A stretch of DNA of 48,840 nucleotides from Nakamurella sp. (GCA_036524715.1 DATDBV010000494.1:1-48840); one strand, 5' to 3'; positions 19,401 to 28,788 are shown, counted from the first letter of the stretch. Numbers and translations: made by a program. The notes: a model not told the origin generated them from the sequence alone.

Positions 19401-20004
19401 GCCGGGGACGATCACCGTGACGTCACTGGTGGAACTGGCCGACGACCCGGCCGAGCTCGCCCGCCGACTCAGCCGTCCGGTCCCGACCGAGTCGTCCGGC
19501 AGGTTGCGCCGGGGCAGCGACTTCCACGCCTGGCTGGAGCGCCGATACCGGGGGGACGCACTGCTGGATCTTTCCGACCTGCCGGGTGCCGGTGACGCCT
19601 GGGTGGCCTCCGATGAGGAGCTGGAAGGACTCAAGCGCCGGTTCCTGACCTCCGTGTGGGCCGACCGGATCCCCGTTGACGTCGAGGTTCCGTTTGCCGG
19701 GAGGATCGCGGGCCTGGGCGTCCGCGGGCGAGTGGACGCGATCTTCGCCGACGACGACGGCGGTGTCACCGTGGTCGACTGGAAGACCGGGCGGACCCCG
19801 GTGCGAGACGATGCGGCCGCGGTGCAGCTGGCCTGCTATCGGATCGCGATCGCCGAACTTCTCGACGTGCCCTTGGCCAGGGTTCGGGCCGCGTTCCATT
19901 ACGTCCGTTCCGGCGTCACCGTGTCGCCGGCGAATCTGCTGGAGGCCGACGGGATCGCCGCCCTGATCGCGCGGAACACGCTCGAACCGGCCCCCCAGCC
20001 GTGA
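16489..20004 (+). CDS. adnB: ATP-dependent helicase/nuclease subunit AdnB
   Basis: AGAGSGKTETM, DEYQDT, GDPVQSIY, HAAKGLEW, GRVDA, VDWKTG, QLACY. ATGA overlap with adnA. Confidence 0.93.
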   Translation: MITAIGLAAELGLPAPTAEQAAVIEAPLGPGLVVAGAGSGKTETMAARVVYLVATGRVRPEQVLGLTFTRKAAAALAQRIRKRLAMLATLEPRFGAPDIPAGDPDVGTYHAFGGRLIADFGPLAGIEPAARVLTPTGAWQLARRVVGRWDGDLLTDLGPDQVTERLLAISSALADHLTDVDLLSDELATVLDRLRSAPPGPRQRATLHSGLAGHVKRLQDRQWILPLVQAYVRAKREQGVVDFADQMQIAASLVRDHPRIATALRDRYRVVLLDEYQDTGHAQRVILRTLFGDAGSTDDPVDADRRGAGGRAAGRRGHPVTAVGDPVQSIYSWRGASASNLPRFVTDFPLAPGRPSGVKPLLTSFRNPVAVLALANEVSRPVRQGGRAVAVGELRPTPTAGPGRVRYGLFPTAAQENAWLANAIAGYWREAMDGSGSTGGSVPPTTAVLVRRRGDMADTADALRAAGLPVEVVGLGGLLDEPEVADLVATLRVLVDPTAGPAAMRLLTGARWQLGAADLEALARRARELAGPARPSDGVSAIAVDAPGVAPAAASGAADAPATTTTTTTTTAATAATAAVRSAVAAALPVEDIDVWSLVDAAADLGPAQAYSAEGHRRLGRFATQLTRLRGRLSQPLPDLVADLERACLLDVESLVAGAVGRAHLDAFAAVVAEVAATGAGPKELLEYLDAAAEREDGLTPGEVPQSSGRVQVLTVHAAKGLEWEIVAVPHLTDGVFPINRGSTWLGDPAQLPPQIRGDRDDLPQLALPVDGTQKDLADALAAHAAEFAELRLTEERRLLYVALTRTEHTLLFSGHHWGPGTAKPAGPSEFLLECAALAQPFAEPDGWAPSPDPADPAVMVPRTARWPIDPLGGRRPAVAAGADRVLAALADLAHPDLAHPADLAHPDLAHPADLAHPADLAHPADPVDGAALHSGQVRAPAEDPFGWASDVTTLLAERSARTRGVREVELPGTITVTSLVELADDPAELARRLSRPVPTESSGRLRRGSDFHAWLERRYRGDALLDLSDLPGAGDAWVASDEELEGLKRRFLTSVWADRIPVDVEVPFAGRIAGLGVRGRVDAIFADDDGGVTVVDWKTGRTPVRDDAAAVQLACYRIAIAELLDVPLARVRAAFHYVRSGVTVSPANLLEADGIAALIARNTLEPAPQP
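18175..18201 (+). repeat. (ACC)9 trinucleotide microsatellite encoding poly-Thr within adnB
   Basis: Nine consecutive ACC codons. Confidence 0.95.
19159..19266 (+). repeat. In-frame 15/18-bp tandem repeat (DLAHP x6) within adnB
   Basis: GACCTGGCGCAYCC occurs six times. The first four units form a perfect 33-bp duplication. Confidence 0.95.
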
Positions 20005-20882
20005 CCGGGACCGCCCATCCGGCCGTCGTGCTGCGGGGGCGGCCGCTACCCGACGACCGGGCTGCGGTGATGGCCATCGTGAACCGGACACCGGATTCCT
20101 TCTTCGACGCCGGAGCCACGTTTGCCGAGTCGGCCGCGATGGACGCGGTGAGTCGCGCGGTCGACGAAGGCGCGGACCTGGTCGACATCGGCGGGGTCAA
20201 GGCCGGGGTCGGACCCGTGGTGACCGAAGCGGCGGAGATCGAGCGGGTCGTGCCGTTCGTCGCCCGCGTTCGTGACCGGTTCCCGGACCTGCCGATCAGT
20301 GTCGACACCTGGCGCGCCGGCGTCGGCGCGGCCGCGTGCGAGGCCGGCGCCGACCTGATCAACGACACCTGGGCCGGCGCCGACCCGAATCTGGCCGAGG
20401 TTGCCGCCCGGTTCGGCGCCGGCATCGTCTGCTCGCACACCGGGGGAGCGGCCCCCCGAACGAACCCCTATCGGGTGAGCTATCCGGACGTGGTGGCCGC
20501 GGTCATCGAGCAGACCACGGCGGCCGCCGAGCGGATGGTGGCCCTCGGGGTGCCCCGGGCGGGTGTGCTCATCGACCCCACCCACGACTTCGGTAAGAAC
20601 ACCTGGCACAGCCTGGAACTGGTGCACCGCACCGGTGAACTGGTGGCCACCGGCTGGCCGGTCCTGATGGCCCTGTCGAACAAGGACTTCGTCGGGGAGA
20701 CCCTGGACCTGCCGGTCGACCAGCGGCTCGAAGGAACGCTGGCCGCGACCGCGATCGCCGCATGGCTGGGCGCCGCCGTCGTCCGCGCCCACCAGGTGCG
20801 GGCGACCCGGCGGGTCGTGGACATGGCTGCCGCCGTCGCCGGAACCCGGGCACCGCGCGCCCCCCGCCGTGGTCTGGTGTGA
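20001..20882 (+). CDS. folP2: Dihydropteroate synthase homolog (FolP2/Rv1207-like)
   Basis: MAIVNRTPDSF, DIGGVKAG, ISVDTW, IDPTHDFGKNT and LSNKDF. GTGA overlap with adnB. Confidence 0.88.
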   Translation: MTGTAHPAVVLRGRPLPDDRAAVMAIVNRTPDSFFDAGATFAESAAMDAVSRAVDEGADLVDIGGVKAGVGPVVTEAAEIERVVPFVARVRDRFPDLPISVDTWRAGVGAAACEAGADLINDTWAGADPNLAEVAARFGAGIVCSHTGGAAPRTNPYRVSYPDVVAAVIEQTTAAAERMVALGVPRAGVLIDPTHDFGKNTWHSLELVHRTGELVATGWPVLMALSNKDFVGETLDLPVDQRLEGTLAATAIAAWLGAAVVRAHQVRATRRVVDMAAAVAGTRAPRAPRRGLV

Positions 20883-21026
20883 CCGGACCGGCCGACCGGG
20901 ACGCTGGCCGGACCGGCTCCGCGGCAGTGTCGGAGCGCCGTGGCACCATCGTGTCGTGAGCGAGCGTCAGCGAGTGAATCACCGGCACCGGCACCGGCAG
21001 CGACAGGGGACCGGCGGTGCGGCGTC

Positions 21027-21434
21027 GTGACCGCGGTTCTGCAGTACCTGGTGATCGCCGCGGTGATCGGCGGCATCGTCTTCGCGCTCGCGGTGTTCCT
21101 GTTCGGCCGGGGCGAGCAGTTGGCCGCGCTGCCGCCCCGCACGTCCCCGACCGAACTTCCCGACGAGGGGATGACCGGGCAGGAGGTGCGCTCGGTCCGG
21201 TTCGCGATGGCCTGGCGGGGTTACCGGATGAGCGACGTCGACTGGGCGCTGGAACGCTTGGCCACCGAACTCGATTCGGTGCGCGCCGAGCTCGCGCGGC
21301 GATCGCCCGTGACCGTCGGGGTCGTCCAGGACGACCTGGCCGAACGGCGGGCCGGGTCCGACCAGGGCGAGGCGCCGTCCGTCGATGGACCCGGATTCGG
21401 CTCGGTGCCCGGCACATCCGCGGAACGGGAATGA
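21027..21434 (+). CDS. DivIVA domain-containing membrane protein (Rv1209-like)
   Basis: N-terminal TM helix, then VRFAMAWRGYRMSDVDWALERL. Confidence 0.85.
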   Translation: MTAVLQYLVIAAVIGGIVFALAVFLFGRGEQLAALPPRTSPTELPDEGMTGQEVRSVRFAMAWRGYRMSDVDWALERLATELDSVRAELARRSPVTVGVVQDDLAERRAGSDQGEAPSVDGPGFGSVPGTSAERE

Positions 21435-21988
21435 CCGTCCAGGTGCGCGCCAGCGTGGACCTGGTGGGTGTCCCGCCGGAGCGGGCCTTCGCGGCGATGG
21501 TCGACCTCGCCGCGCAGCAACGCTGGATGATCGCGACCAGGCTCTTTCCGGTCGAGTCGACTGCGCCGGTGCCGCAGGTCGGCTCGCGGGTGGCGGCGTT
21601 TTCGGGGGTGTGCGGTCTCGGGTTCCTGGACACGATGACCGTGACCGTCTACGACCCGCCGCAGCGTTGGGTCGTCGCCAAGGACGGCCGGCTGCTGCGG
21701 GGCGTCGGCACCATGCAGGTCGACCCTCTGCCCGGCGGCAGTCGCGCGACCTGGATGAACGAACTGGACCCGCCGTTCGGCGCGCTTGGCCGGCTGGGCG
21801 CCCGGCTTGGCCGGCCGGTCGCCGCAGCGGTCTTGCGGGCCTGCCTGCGCCGGCTGGCCCGCCAGTTGCGCTCGGGTGCGCTGCCACTTGACGCGGCCGA
21901 CCACGGGCTCGTTGGGGCAGAGCGCGGGCTCGGCGCCGCAGACCGCGCACTCGGCCGCGCCGGACGCGACGGAAGGGTGGACCAGTGA
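21431..21988 (+). CDS. SRPBCC (polyketide cyclase/START-like) family protein
   Basis: PERAFAAMVD…W, GFLDTMTVT.YDPP pattern. ATGA and GTGA overlaps with both neighbours. Confidence 0.75.
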   Translation: MTVQVRASVDLVGVPPERAFAAMVDLAAQQRWMIATRLFPVESTAPVPQVGSRVAAFSGVCGLGFLDTMTVTVYDPPQRWVVAKDGRLLRGVGTMQVDPLPGGSRATWMNELDPPFGALGRLGARLGRPVAAAVLRACLRRLARQLRSGALPLDAADHGLVGAERGLGAADRALGRAGRDGRVDQ

Positions 21989-22575
21989 CCACGGAGGCCA
22001 TCACCGAAACCGGACTGTCGGTCGACGACAAGGGCCGGGCCCGCTGCTGGTGGGGCGCGAGTGCCCCCGAGTATGTCGAGTACCACGACGGTGAGTGGGG
22101 GGTGCCGCTGCACGGTGACGACGCGCTGTTCGAGCGTCTGTGCCTGGAGGCCTTCCAATCGGGCCTGAGCTGGCTGACCATCCTGCGCAAGCGGCCGGCG
22201 TTCCGGCTGGCGTTCGACGACTTCCGGATCGAGCGGGTGGCTGAGTTCGGCGAGTCCGACGTGGCCCGGCTGATGGCCGATGCCTCTATCGTCCGCAACC
22301 GCGCCAAGATCGCCGCCTCGATCCAGAACGCGCGGGCGGCCATGGCCCTCGAAGGCAGCCTGGACGAGTTGCTGTGGTCGTTCGCGCCGTCTGCGCGCGA
22401 CCGGCCGACGTCGATGGCGGACATCGTCGCGGTCACGCCGGAATCGACGGCGATGGCCAAGGAACTCAAGCGCCGCGGGTTCACGTTTATCGGGCCCATC
22501 ACCGCCTACGCGCTGATGCAGGCGACCGGCATGGTCGACGATCACCTGGCCGGGTGTTGGCGGGCCGTCGGCTGA
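21985..22575 (+). CDS. tag: DNA-3-methyladenine glycosylase I
   Basis: RCWW, YHDGEWG, LEAFQSGLSW, IVRNRAKI and VDDHLAGC. Confidence 0.95.
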   Translation: MTTEAITETGLSVDDKGRARCWWGASAPEYVEYHDGEWGVPLHGDDALFERLCLEAFQSGLSWLTILRKRPAFRLAFDDFRIERVAEFGESDVARLMADASIVRNRAKIAASIQNARAAMALEGSLDELLWSFAPSARDRPTSMADIVAVTPESTAMAKELKRRGFTFIGPITAYALMQATGMVDDHLAGCWRAVG

Positions 22576-22615
22576 CCGATCCCAGCGAGCCGGGCGGCGC
22601 ACATGCACGCAACGA

Positions 22616-22984
22616 CTAGCGCTTCCCAGCGGCCATGGCCCGCTTGCCCCGAGGGCGCAACGGCGCGGGCCGGCTGGGTACGGCGGCCTCGGCGGGGCCA
22701 TCGTTCTCGGCGACCGCGGGCGCTTCGGCAGCCGGATCCGCGTCGGACCGAACCGCCGAGTTCCCGGCTTCGTCCGGTTCGACGGTGGGCGCGTCCGCGG
22801 AGTCGGGGTCGGACTCGGAATCGTCGTCCGTTGGGGTGTTGATCACCGCCACCCCCGAGTCGAGGTCGATCCGCAGGTCGCCGTCGCGGGCGTTGCCCTC
22901 CTCCTCGCGACGCGCCGCCTTGGCTCGACGTTCCTCCAGTTCGTGGCGCATGCCGGGGTTGAACAACGCGCCCAGTTCACCCAT
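22616..22984 (-). CDS. DUF6191-like hypothetical protein
   Basis: LFNPGMRH…EE…IDLDSG pattern followed by an acidic low-complexity tail. Confidence 0.6.
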   Translation of the reverse strand: MGELGALFNPGMRHELEERRAKAARREEEGNARDGDLRIDLDSGVAVINTPTDDDSESDPDSADAPTVEPDEAGNSAVRSDADPAAEAPAVAENDGPAEAAVPSRPAPLRPRGKRAMAAGKR

Positions 22985-23056
22985 CGGTCCCACCCGACAA
23001 GGCTACGGCACGAGGGCCGACCGGGGTCGGCGAATCGGCTTGATCCGCGCGATCGG

Positions 23057-23887
23057 TCAGCGCCCGGTGAAGCGTGGCGGTCGCTTCTCGACGAAGGCGG
23101 CCACCGCCTCGTGGTGATCGGCCGAGGCGAAACAGGCGGACTGGGCACGGTCCTCGAAGTCCAGCGTCGACTCCAGATCGGACTGCTCTCCGTGCTGCAA
23201 CGATGCCTTGATCCAGCCGAATGCCGTCGTCGGACCTGCCGCAAGCCGCCCGGCCAGATCGCCGACCGCGGCGACCAGGTCCGCGTCGTCGACGACCTGG
23301 TCGACCATGCCGATGCGCAGGGCCTCGGTGGCGTCCACCTTCTCGCCGAGCAACATCATGCGGGACGCCCGGCCGTGCCCGACCAGCCGCGGCAAGAGGA
23401 AGGAAGCGCCGGTGTCGGCCGACAGGGCCACACCGGCGAACGCCATGGAGAAGGTGGCGGACGTCGCCGCCACCCGCAGGTCGCAGGCGAAGGCCAGGCC
23501 CGCGCCGGCTCCCGCGGCCGGGCCGTTGACCGCCGCGATCACCGGCTTGCGCATGCCGGTCACGGACCGGACCAGGGGGTTGTAGAAACCGCTGACCGTC
23601 TGGCCGACCCGCTCGTCGCCCGCCGCCACCAGGGCGAGGTGCTCCTTGAGGTCCTGCCCGGCGCAGAACGCGCGGCCCGCCCCGGTGATCACCACCGCCC
23701 GCACCGCAGGGTTTGTCGCCGCTTGGTCGAGCGCGGCCAGCAGAGCACCCTTGAGGGCGAGGTCGAACGAGTTGAACGCGGCGGGCCGGTTCAGGGTCAG
23801 CGTGCGGACCGCCCCGTCGTCGGCCACCGTGACCGGGTCATCCGGCGGATCGGTCGGTCCCGACGTCCCCGGCAACGAGGGTGTCAT
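23057..23887 (-). CDS. Enoyl-CoA hydratase/isomerase family protein (PaaG-like)
   Basis: LTLNRP, AFCAGQDL, KPVIAAVNGPAAGAG and FVEKRPP. GGAAGG RBS. Confidence 0.92.
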   Translation of the reverse strand: MTPSLPGTSGPTDPPDDPVTVADDGAVRTLTLNRPAAFNSFDLALKGALLAALDQAATNPAVRAVVITGAGRAFCAGQDLKEHLALVAAGDERVGQTVSGFYNPLVRSVTGMRKPVIAAVNGPAAGAGAGLAFACDLRVAATSATFSMAFAGVALSADTGASFLLPRLVGHGRASRMMLLGEKVDATEALRIGMVDQVVDDADLVAAVGDLAGRLAAGPTTAFGWIKASLQHGEQSDLESTLDFEDRAQSACFASADHHEAVAAFVEKRPPRFTGR

Positions 23888-24103
23888 CTTGAAATCCTTC
23901 CGCCTCGGCCGCGCACGGCCCGAGATCGAAGTCCGATCGGCCGCCCGAGCAGCAGACACGGTGTCCGGGCGGTCGACCTGGTTTCGGCCCAGCGCCCATC
24001 ATGGGGGAGAATGGACCGTCCGCGAATGACGCGGAAGGTCGGCGGGTCGTTTCCAGGCCCGACCCGGGCGCAGAATTCTGGTGAGTGTTGGAGGGAGTCG
24101 CAC

Positions 24104-24274
24104 ATGGCGGCCATGAAGCCCCGGACCGGGGATGGTCCTCTCGAAGTGACCAAGGAGGGCCGCGGGATCGTCATGCGCGTGCCGTTGGAGGGTGGCGGAC
24201 GCCTGGTCGTCGAGATCTCGGCCGACGAGGCCTCCGCGTTGGGCGACGCGCTCAAGGCCGTCGTCGTCAAGTAG
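24104..24274 (+). CDS. DUF3117 family protein, 56 aa
   Basis: MAAMKPRTGDGPLEVTKEGRGIVMRVPLEGGGRLVVE, highly conserved in actinobacteria. GGAG RBS. Confidence 0.92.
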   Translation: MAAMKPRTGDGPLEVTKEGRGIVMRVPLEGGGRLVVEISADEASALGDALKAVVVK

Positions 24275-24305
24275 CCCCGATCCGAGTCAAGTAGCCCCGA
24301 TCCGA
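24266..24305 (+). repeat. Perfect 20-bp tandem duplication spanning the DUF3117 stop codon
   Basis: GTCAAGTAGCCCCGATCCGA at 24266-24285 and 24286-24305. Confidence 0.9.
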
Positions 24306-24310
24306 TAAGT

Positions 24311-24360
24311 CGACCCGCCCGGGTCCCGTGTCCCACCAGGACGACGGACCCGGGCGGTCG
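24311..24360. terminator. Hairpin between convergent DUF3117 and glgM
   Basis: CGCCCGGGTCC…GGACCCGGGCG inverted repeat. Confidence 0.65.
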
Positions 24361-24371
24361 CATGTTCGGGC

Positions 24372-25532
24372 TCAGCCGGCGGCCAGGACCCGCCGGTACA
24401 GGTCCACCGTCTGCTCCGCGATGGCGGTCCAGGAGAATTCGTCGACGGCCCGATCGCGCCCTGCCTGTCCGTAAGCGGCGGCCCGCGCCGGGTCGCGGAC
24501 CAGGTCGTTCACCGCGGTCGCCAGGTCGTGCTCGAAGGCCTCCCCCTGCGCCGCGTCGTAGTGCACCAGCAGGCCGGTCTCGCCGTTGTCGACCACCTCG
24601 GGAATGCCGCCGACGTCGCTGGCCACGACCGCCGCGCCGCAGGCCATGGCCTCCAGGTTGACGATGCCCAGCGGTTCGTACACGGAGGGGCAGACGAACA
24701 CCGTCGAGGCGGACAACACCTGCTTGACCTCGGGCAGGGTCAGCATCCCGTCGAACCAGAACACTCCCGGCCGCTGCGCCTGCAGCTTGCCGATCGCCTC
24801 CGCGGTCTCCGCGGCGATCTCCGGGGTGTCCGGGGCGCCGGCGCAGAGCACCAGCTGCACCCCCGGATCGAGGTGGTGGGTGGCCGCGACCAGATGGCCG
24901 ACCCCCTTCTGCCGGGTGATCCGGCCGACGAACGAGGCGATCGGCGCGTCCAGGTCCACGCCCTTGTCCACCAGCAGCGATCGCTCCGCCGAGTGCTGGT
25001 AGATGTCGGTGTCGATGCCGTTGCGGATGACGTGCACCTTGGCGGGCTCCAGCGCCGGGTAGCTCTCCAGGATCCCCCCACGCATCCCGCTGGACACCGA
25101 GATGATCGCGTCGGCCGCCTCGTAGGCGGTCCTCTCCGCCCACGACGACACCCGGTACCCGCCGCCGAGCTGTTCGGCCTTCCACGGCCGGTGCGGCTCC
25201 AGTGAGTGGGCGGTGACCACGTGCGGCACGCCGTGCAGCAGCTTCCCGATGTGTCCGGCCATGTTGGCGTACCAGGTGTGCGAGTGCAGCAGTTCGACGC
25301 CGCCGGTCGCCGCGACCATGGACAGGTCGACCGACAACGTGGTCAGCGCGGCGTTGGCCCCGGCCAGGTCGGGCGCCGGCCGGTGGCCGGCCGCGCCCGG
25401 CCGGTCGTCGCCGAAGCAGTGCACGTCGACGTCGACGAGTTTGCGCAGTTCGCGGACCAGGTACTCGACGTGGACGCCGGCACCGCCGTAGACGTCAGGG
25501 GGAAATTCTCGGGTCAGAATCGCGGTATGCAC
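24372..25532 (-). CDS. glgM: GT4 glycosyltransferase, alpha-maltose-1-phosphate synthase (GlgM, often annotated GlgA)
   Basis: [37 protein letters not shown] and [11 protein letters not shown]. Divergent from glgC. TAGATT lies 7 nt before the GTG. Confidence 0.92.
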   Translation of the reverse strand: MHTAILTREFPPDVYGGAGVHVEYLVRELRKLVDVDVHCFGDDRPGAAGHRPAPDLAGANAALTTLSVDLSMVAATGGVELLHSHTWYANMAGHIGKLLHGVPHVVTAHSLEPHRPWKAEQLGGGYRVSSWAERTAYEAADAIISVSSGMRGGILESYPALEPAKVHVIRNGIDTDIYQHSAERSLLVDKGVDLDAPIASFVGRITRQKGVGHLVAATHHLDPGVQLVLCAGAPDTPEIAAETAEAIGKLQAQRPGVFWFDGMLTLPEVKQVLSASTVFVCPSVYEPLGIVNLEAMACGAAVVASDVGGIPEVVDNGETGLLVHYDAAQGEAFEHDLATAVNDLVRDPARAAAYGQAGRDRAVDEFSWTAIAEQTVDLYRRVLAAG

Positions 25533-25686
25533 GCCCGGGAATCTACTCAGCCCGCCGGGCCGGCGCCCGGCGAGACGGGGGCGGCCGGCCGGTCGCCCGA
25601 GCGAGCGAGGGCCCCCACGCGACGCCGTGCGCCGATCGGGTGCGTCCCCCGCGCGAAAGCGCCCGGGCGCGGCTAATGTCTGGCCC

Positions 25687-26907
25687 ATGCCCAAGCCCAA
25701 GGTCCTCGGCATCGTGTTGGCGGGCGGCGAAGGAAAAAGGTTGTGGCCGTTGACGGCCGACCGCGCCAAGCCAGCCGTGCCGTTCGGCGGAAACTTCCGC
25801 CTCGTCGATTTCGTCCTGTCCAACATGGTGAACGCCGGATACTTCCGCATCTGTGTGCTGACCCAGTACAAGTCACACTCGCTCGACCGGCACATCACCC
25901 AGACCTGGCGGATGAGCACGATGGTCGGCAACTACGTCACCCCGGTCCCGGCCCAGCAACGGCTCGGTCCTCGCTGGTACACCGGCAGCGCGGATGCCAT
26001 CCTGCAGTCGCTGAACCTCGTCTATGACGAGAACCCGGACTATCTGGTCGTTTTCGGCGCCGACCACGTCTACCGGATGGACCCGTCCCAGATGGTCGCC
26101 GACCACATCGAATCCGGTGCCGATGCGACGGTCGCCGGCATCCGGGTGCCCCGCCGGGAGGCGACCGCCTTCGGCGTCATCAAGACCGCCGCGGACGGGC
26201 ACCACATCGCCGAATTCATGGAGAAACCGGCCGACCCGCCCGCGGTCCCTGACGACCCCGATGTCGCCTATGCCTCGATGGGCAACTACGTGTTCTCCAC
26301 CAGGGCGCTGATCGAGGCCCTGAAGATCGACGCGGCGGACGAGGCGTCGGTGCACGACATGGGCGGCAACATCATTCCGTACTTCGTCAACAAGGGCACC
26401 GCCAACGTCTACGACTTCGCCCGCAACAACGTGCCGGGCTCCACCGACCGCGACCGCGGCTACTGGCGGGACGTGGGCACCCTGGACGCGTTCATGGACG
26501 CGCACATGGACCTCATCTCGGTCGAGCCGATCTTCAACCTGTACAACCACGACTGGCCGATCCTGAGCTACCCGGCGCCATTGCCGCCGGCAAAGTTCGT
26601 CGAGGACGGCACCGCCCGCGACTCGATGATCGGCACCGGCACGATCATCTCCGGCGCGACGGTGACCCGATCGGTGATCGCCGAGGACGTGCACGTCAAC
26701 AGCGGCAGCCGGGTCGAGGGCTCGGTGATCATGCCCGGCGTGCGCATCGGCCGTAACGCGGTGGTACGGCACAGCATCCTGGACAAGAACGTGGTCGTTC
26801 CCGACGGCGCCAAGGTAGGCGTGGACGTCGAACTCGACAGCGACCTGTACACCGTCAGCCCCGCCGGCATCACCGTGGTGGGCAAGGGCGTGACGATCGG
26901 TAAGTAG
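25687..26907 (+). CDS. glgC: Glucose-1-phosphate adenylyltransferase
   Basis: [33 protein letters not shown] and YWRDVGT. TAATGT lies 7 nt before the ATG. Confidence 0.97.
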   Translation: MPKPKVLGIVLAGGEGKRLWPLTADRAKPAVPFGGNFRLVDFVLSNMVNAGYFRICVLTQYKSHSLDRHITQTWRMSTMVGNYVTPVPAQQRLGPRWYTGSADAILQSLNLVYDENPDYLVVFGADHVYRMDPSQMVADHIESGADATVAGIRVPRREATAFGVIKTAADGHHIAEFMEKPADPPAVPDDPDVAYASMGNYVFSTRALIEALKIDAADEASVHDMGGNIIPYFVNKGTANVYDFARNNVPGSTDRDRGYWRDVGTLDAFMDAHMDLISVEPIFNLYNHDWPILSYPAPLPPAKFVEDGTARDSMIGTGTIISGATVTRSVIAEDVHVNSGSRVEGSVIMPGVRIGRNAVVRHSILDKNVVVPDGAKVGVDVELDSDLYTVSPAGITVVGKGVTIGK

Positions 26908-26928
26908 CACCGGGCCGTCACCGGAGCA

Positions 26929-26963
26929 AAGAAGGGCCGGTCCCGGTCGGGCCGGCCCTTCTT
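26929..26963. terminator. Intrinsic terminator hairpin after glgC, likely bidirectional
   Basis: AAGAAGGGCCGG…CCGGCCCTTCTT inverted repeat between convergent genes. Confidence 0.75.
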
Positions 26964-27006
26964 GCGTTCGGCAGGTCAGTCGAGCAGGTCAGCCGAGCGG
27001 GTCGGG

Positions 27007-27909
27007 TCAGGAGGTCGGTGCGGCCGTGCCGGCCGGCGACCCGGGATAGGCCAGCAGCGCCGGGCACCCGGCGGTGGAGAACGACGGATCGAACTCGAAG
27101 TGCCACGCCTCGTTGTCGTAGATCCGGCAGAAGTTTAGTGCGCCGGCGGTGCCCTCCAGCCAGGTGTAGGCCTGGTAGGGCTGCACGTCCACGGCCAGAC
27201 CCAGCACGTGTGCGGACTTCTCGGGGGGTAGCACGTACTGGTCCGCCATCGCCTGCCCGTACCGGCGCACGTAGTCGTCGTAGGTCTGCTGCTGCTGGGT
27301 ACGGCTGCGCTTGCCGTCGGCCAGGCAGATGGTCAGCCCCTGGGCCTCGCCCGCCGCCCGCACGGCGAGCCAGCCGGCGGCGGCGTCGGCCCGCATGCCG
27401 ACGGGCTCCTCGTCCGCGTACTGCTGCTCGAAGCCGGTGCACCGGGCCCCGTCACCCTCCTCGCCGGGAGTGTCCGGATCCGCCGGCGTCGCCCCTGCGG
27501 CGATGGCCGCGGCCGCGGCCACGGATGCGGCCGATGCGGCCGAGGAAGCCGCGGACTGCGCGGCGGCGGATGCCTGGGACGAGGCTTGAGCCGCCGAGGA
27601 CGCGGCGGCGGCCGAGCGTGACTGCTCGGCCAGCCGGGACGCCGCCGACGCCGATGACGCCATCGCCGCGGCGGACGCCGAGGCCGCGGCAGCCGCGGAC
27701 CGGGCGGAGGCCGCCGAGGACGACGCGGCGGCGGCTGACGAGGAAGCGGCGGCTGACGAGGAGGCGGCCGCGGATGCCAAGGCCGCCGACTCGGCCGCCC
27801 GCCGCTCCTCCTCGGACTGGCCGCAACCGGCCAGGGTCAGCACGGTCAGCAGAATCGCCCCGATCGCCACCCCGCTCGAGGTGGCCGGGGTGAGGATCCT
27901 GGTGCTCAC
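27007..27909 (-). CDS. Lipoprotein with Ala/Ser-rich linker and VanY-like (M15) D,D-carboxypeptidase domain
   Basis: Lipobox LAGC, SAHVLGLAVD (SxHxxGxAxD) and EAWHF. GTGA overlap with the upstream methyltransferase. Confidence 0.82.
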   Translation of the reverse strand: MSTRILTPATSSGVAIGAILLTVLTLAGCGQSEEERRAAESAALASAAASSSAAASSSAAAASSSAASARSAAAAASASAAAMASSASAASRLAEQSRSAAAASSAAQASSQASAAAQSAASSAASAASVAAAAAIAAGATPADPDTPGEEGDGARCTGFEQQYADEEPVGMRADAAAGWLAVRAAGEAQGLTICLADGKRSRTQQQQTYDDYVRRYGQAMADQYVLPPEKSAHVLGLAVDVQPYQAYTWLEGTAGALNFCRIYDNEAWHFEFDPSFSTAGCPALLAYPGSPAGTAAPTS

Positions 27910-28529
27910 CCGCGCTTGACCGCCGCGAGCAGTCCGTCGCCGAGCGGTACGAGCATGGAGGTCAAATTCTCGTCGTCGCGGACCTGCCGGCCGGCGTCGC
28001 GCACCGCCACCGTGTCGACGTCCCGCTGGGTCGGGTCGGCGACCTTGTCGCCGGCCAGGGCGCCGTCCACGATGAGGATCCCGCCCGGCCGCAGCAGGCG
28101 AATCGCCTCGCTGACGTACTGGGGGTATTCGGTCCGCGCGCCGTCCACGAAGACCAGGTCGTAGGCGCCGTCGGTCAACCGGGGAAGGACGTCCAGCGCA
28201 CGCCCGTTGATCAACCGGGTCCGGGTCGGCGCGATACCGGCCTCGGTGAAGGCCTTCTTGGCGGCCCGTTGGTACTCGGCCTCGACGTCGATGGTGGTCA
28301 GGATGCCGTCCGCGGCCATGCCGGCGAGCAGGTGCAGGCCGCTCACCCCGGTGCCGGTCCCGATCTCCACGACCGAGCGCGCCGAGACCGCCGCGGCCAG
28401 GAAGGTCAGCGCGGCGGCGGTTCCGGAGCCGGTGGGCGCCGATCCGAGGTCCGCCGCGCGGGACCGGGCCGACAGCACGGGATCGGACTCGGGGACGAAG
28501 AACTCGGCGTAGGACCGGCTCGTGGTCAC
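27906..28529 (-). CDS. SAM-dependent O-methyltransferase (Rv1220c-like)
   Basis: VEIGTGTGVSG and YDLVFVD. AGGAGG RBS. Divergent from sigE. Confidence 0.9.
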   Translation of the reverse strand: MTTSRSYAEFFVPESDPVLSARSRAADLGSAPTGSGTAAALTFLAAAVSARSVVEIGTGTGVSGLHLLAGMAADGILTTIDVEAEYQRAAKKAFTEAGIAPTRTRLINGRALDVLPRLTDGAYDLVFVDGARTEYPQYVSEAIRLLRPGGILIVDGALAGDKVADPTQRDVDTVAVRDAGRQVRDDENLTSMLVPLGDGLLAAVKRG

Positions 28530-28788
28530 CGGCAACCTCCTGAACAGGATTTCGGGCTGGGCGTGCGCGCAGCCCGGCCGGCCCGGTGGGCGTCGTTGGC
28601 ACCCGATTGAAAGGACCGCACGGACGCGCTCCCGGCTGAACCTACCGGCAGCCGCGCGGCGGCCGGCACAGGCGCACCGCGCCCACCGGTTCGGAGGCAG
28701 GACAGCAGACACTCGGGTCACCCTGAATGACAACTGTCCCATCGGTCACGGGTGCGGTTTGCCGGCCACCGGGGCGAACTCGCCGACC

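Noticed and set aside
27007..27909. Acquired vancomycin resistance gene
   Set aside because: An isolated M15 peptidase without vanHAX or vanRS, and no mobile context.
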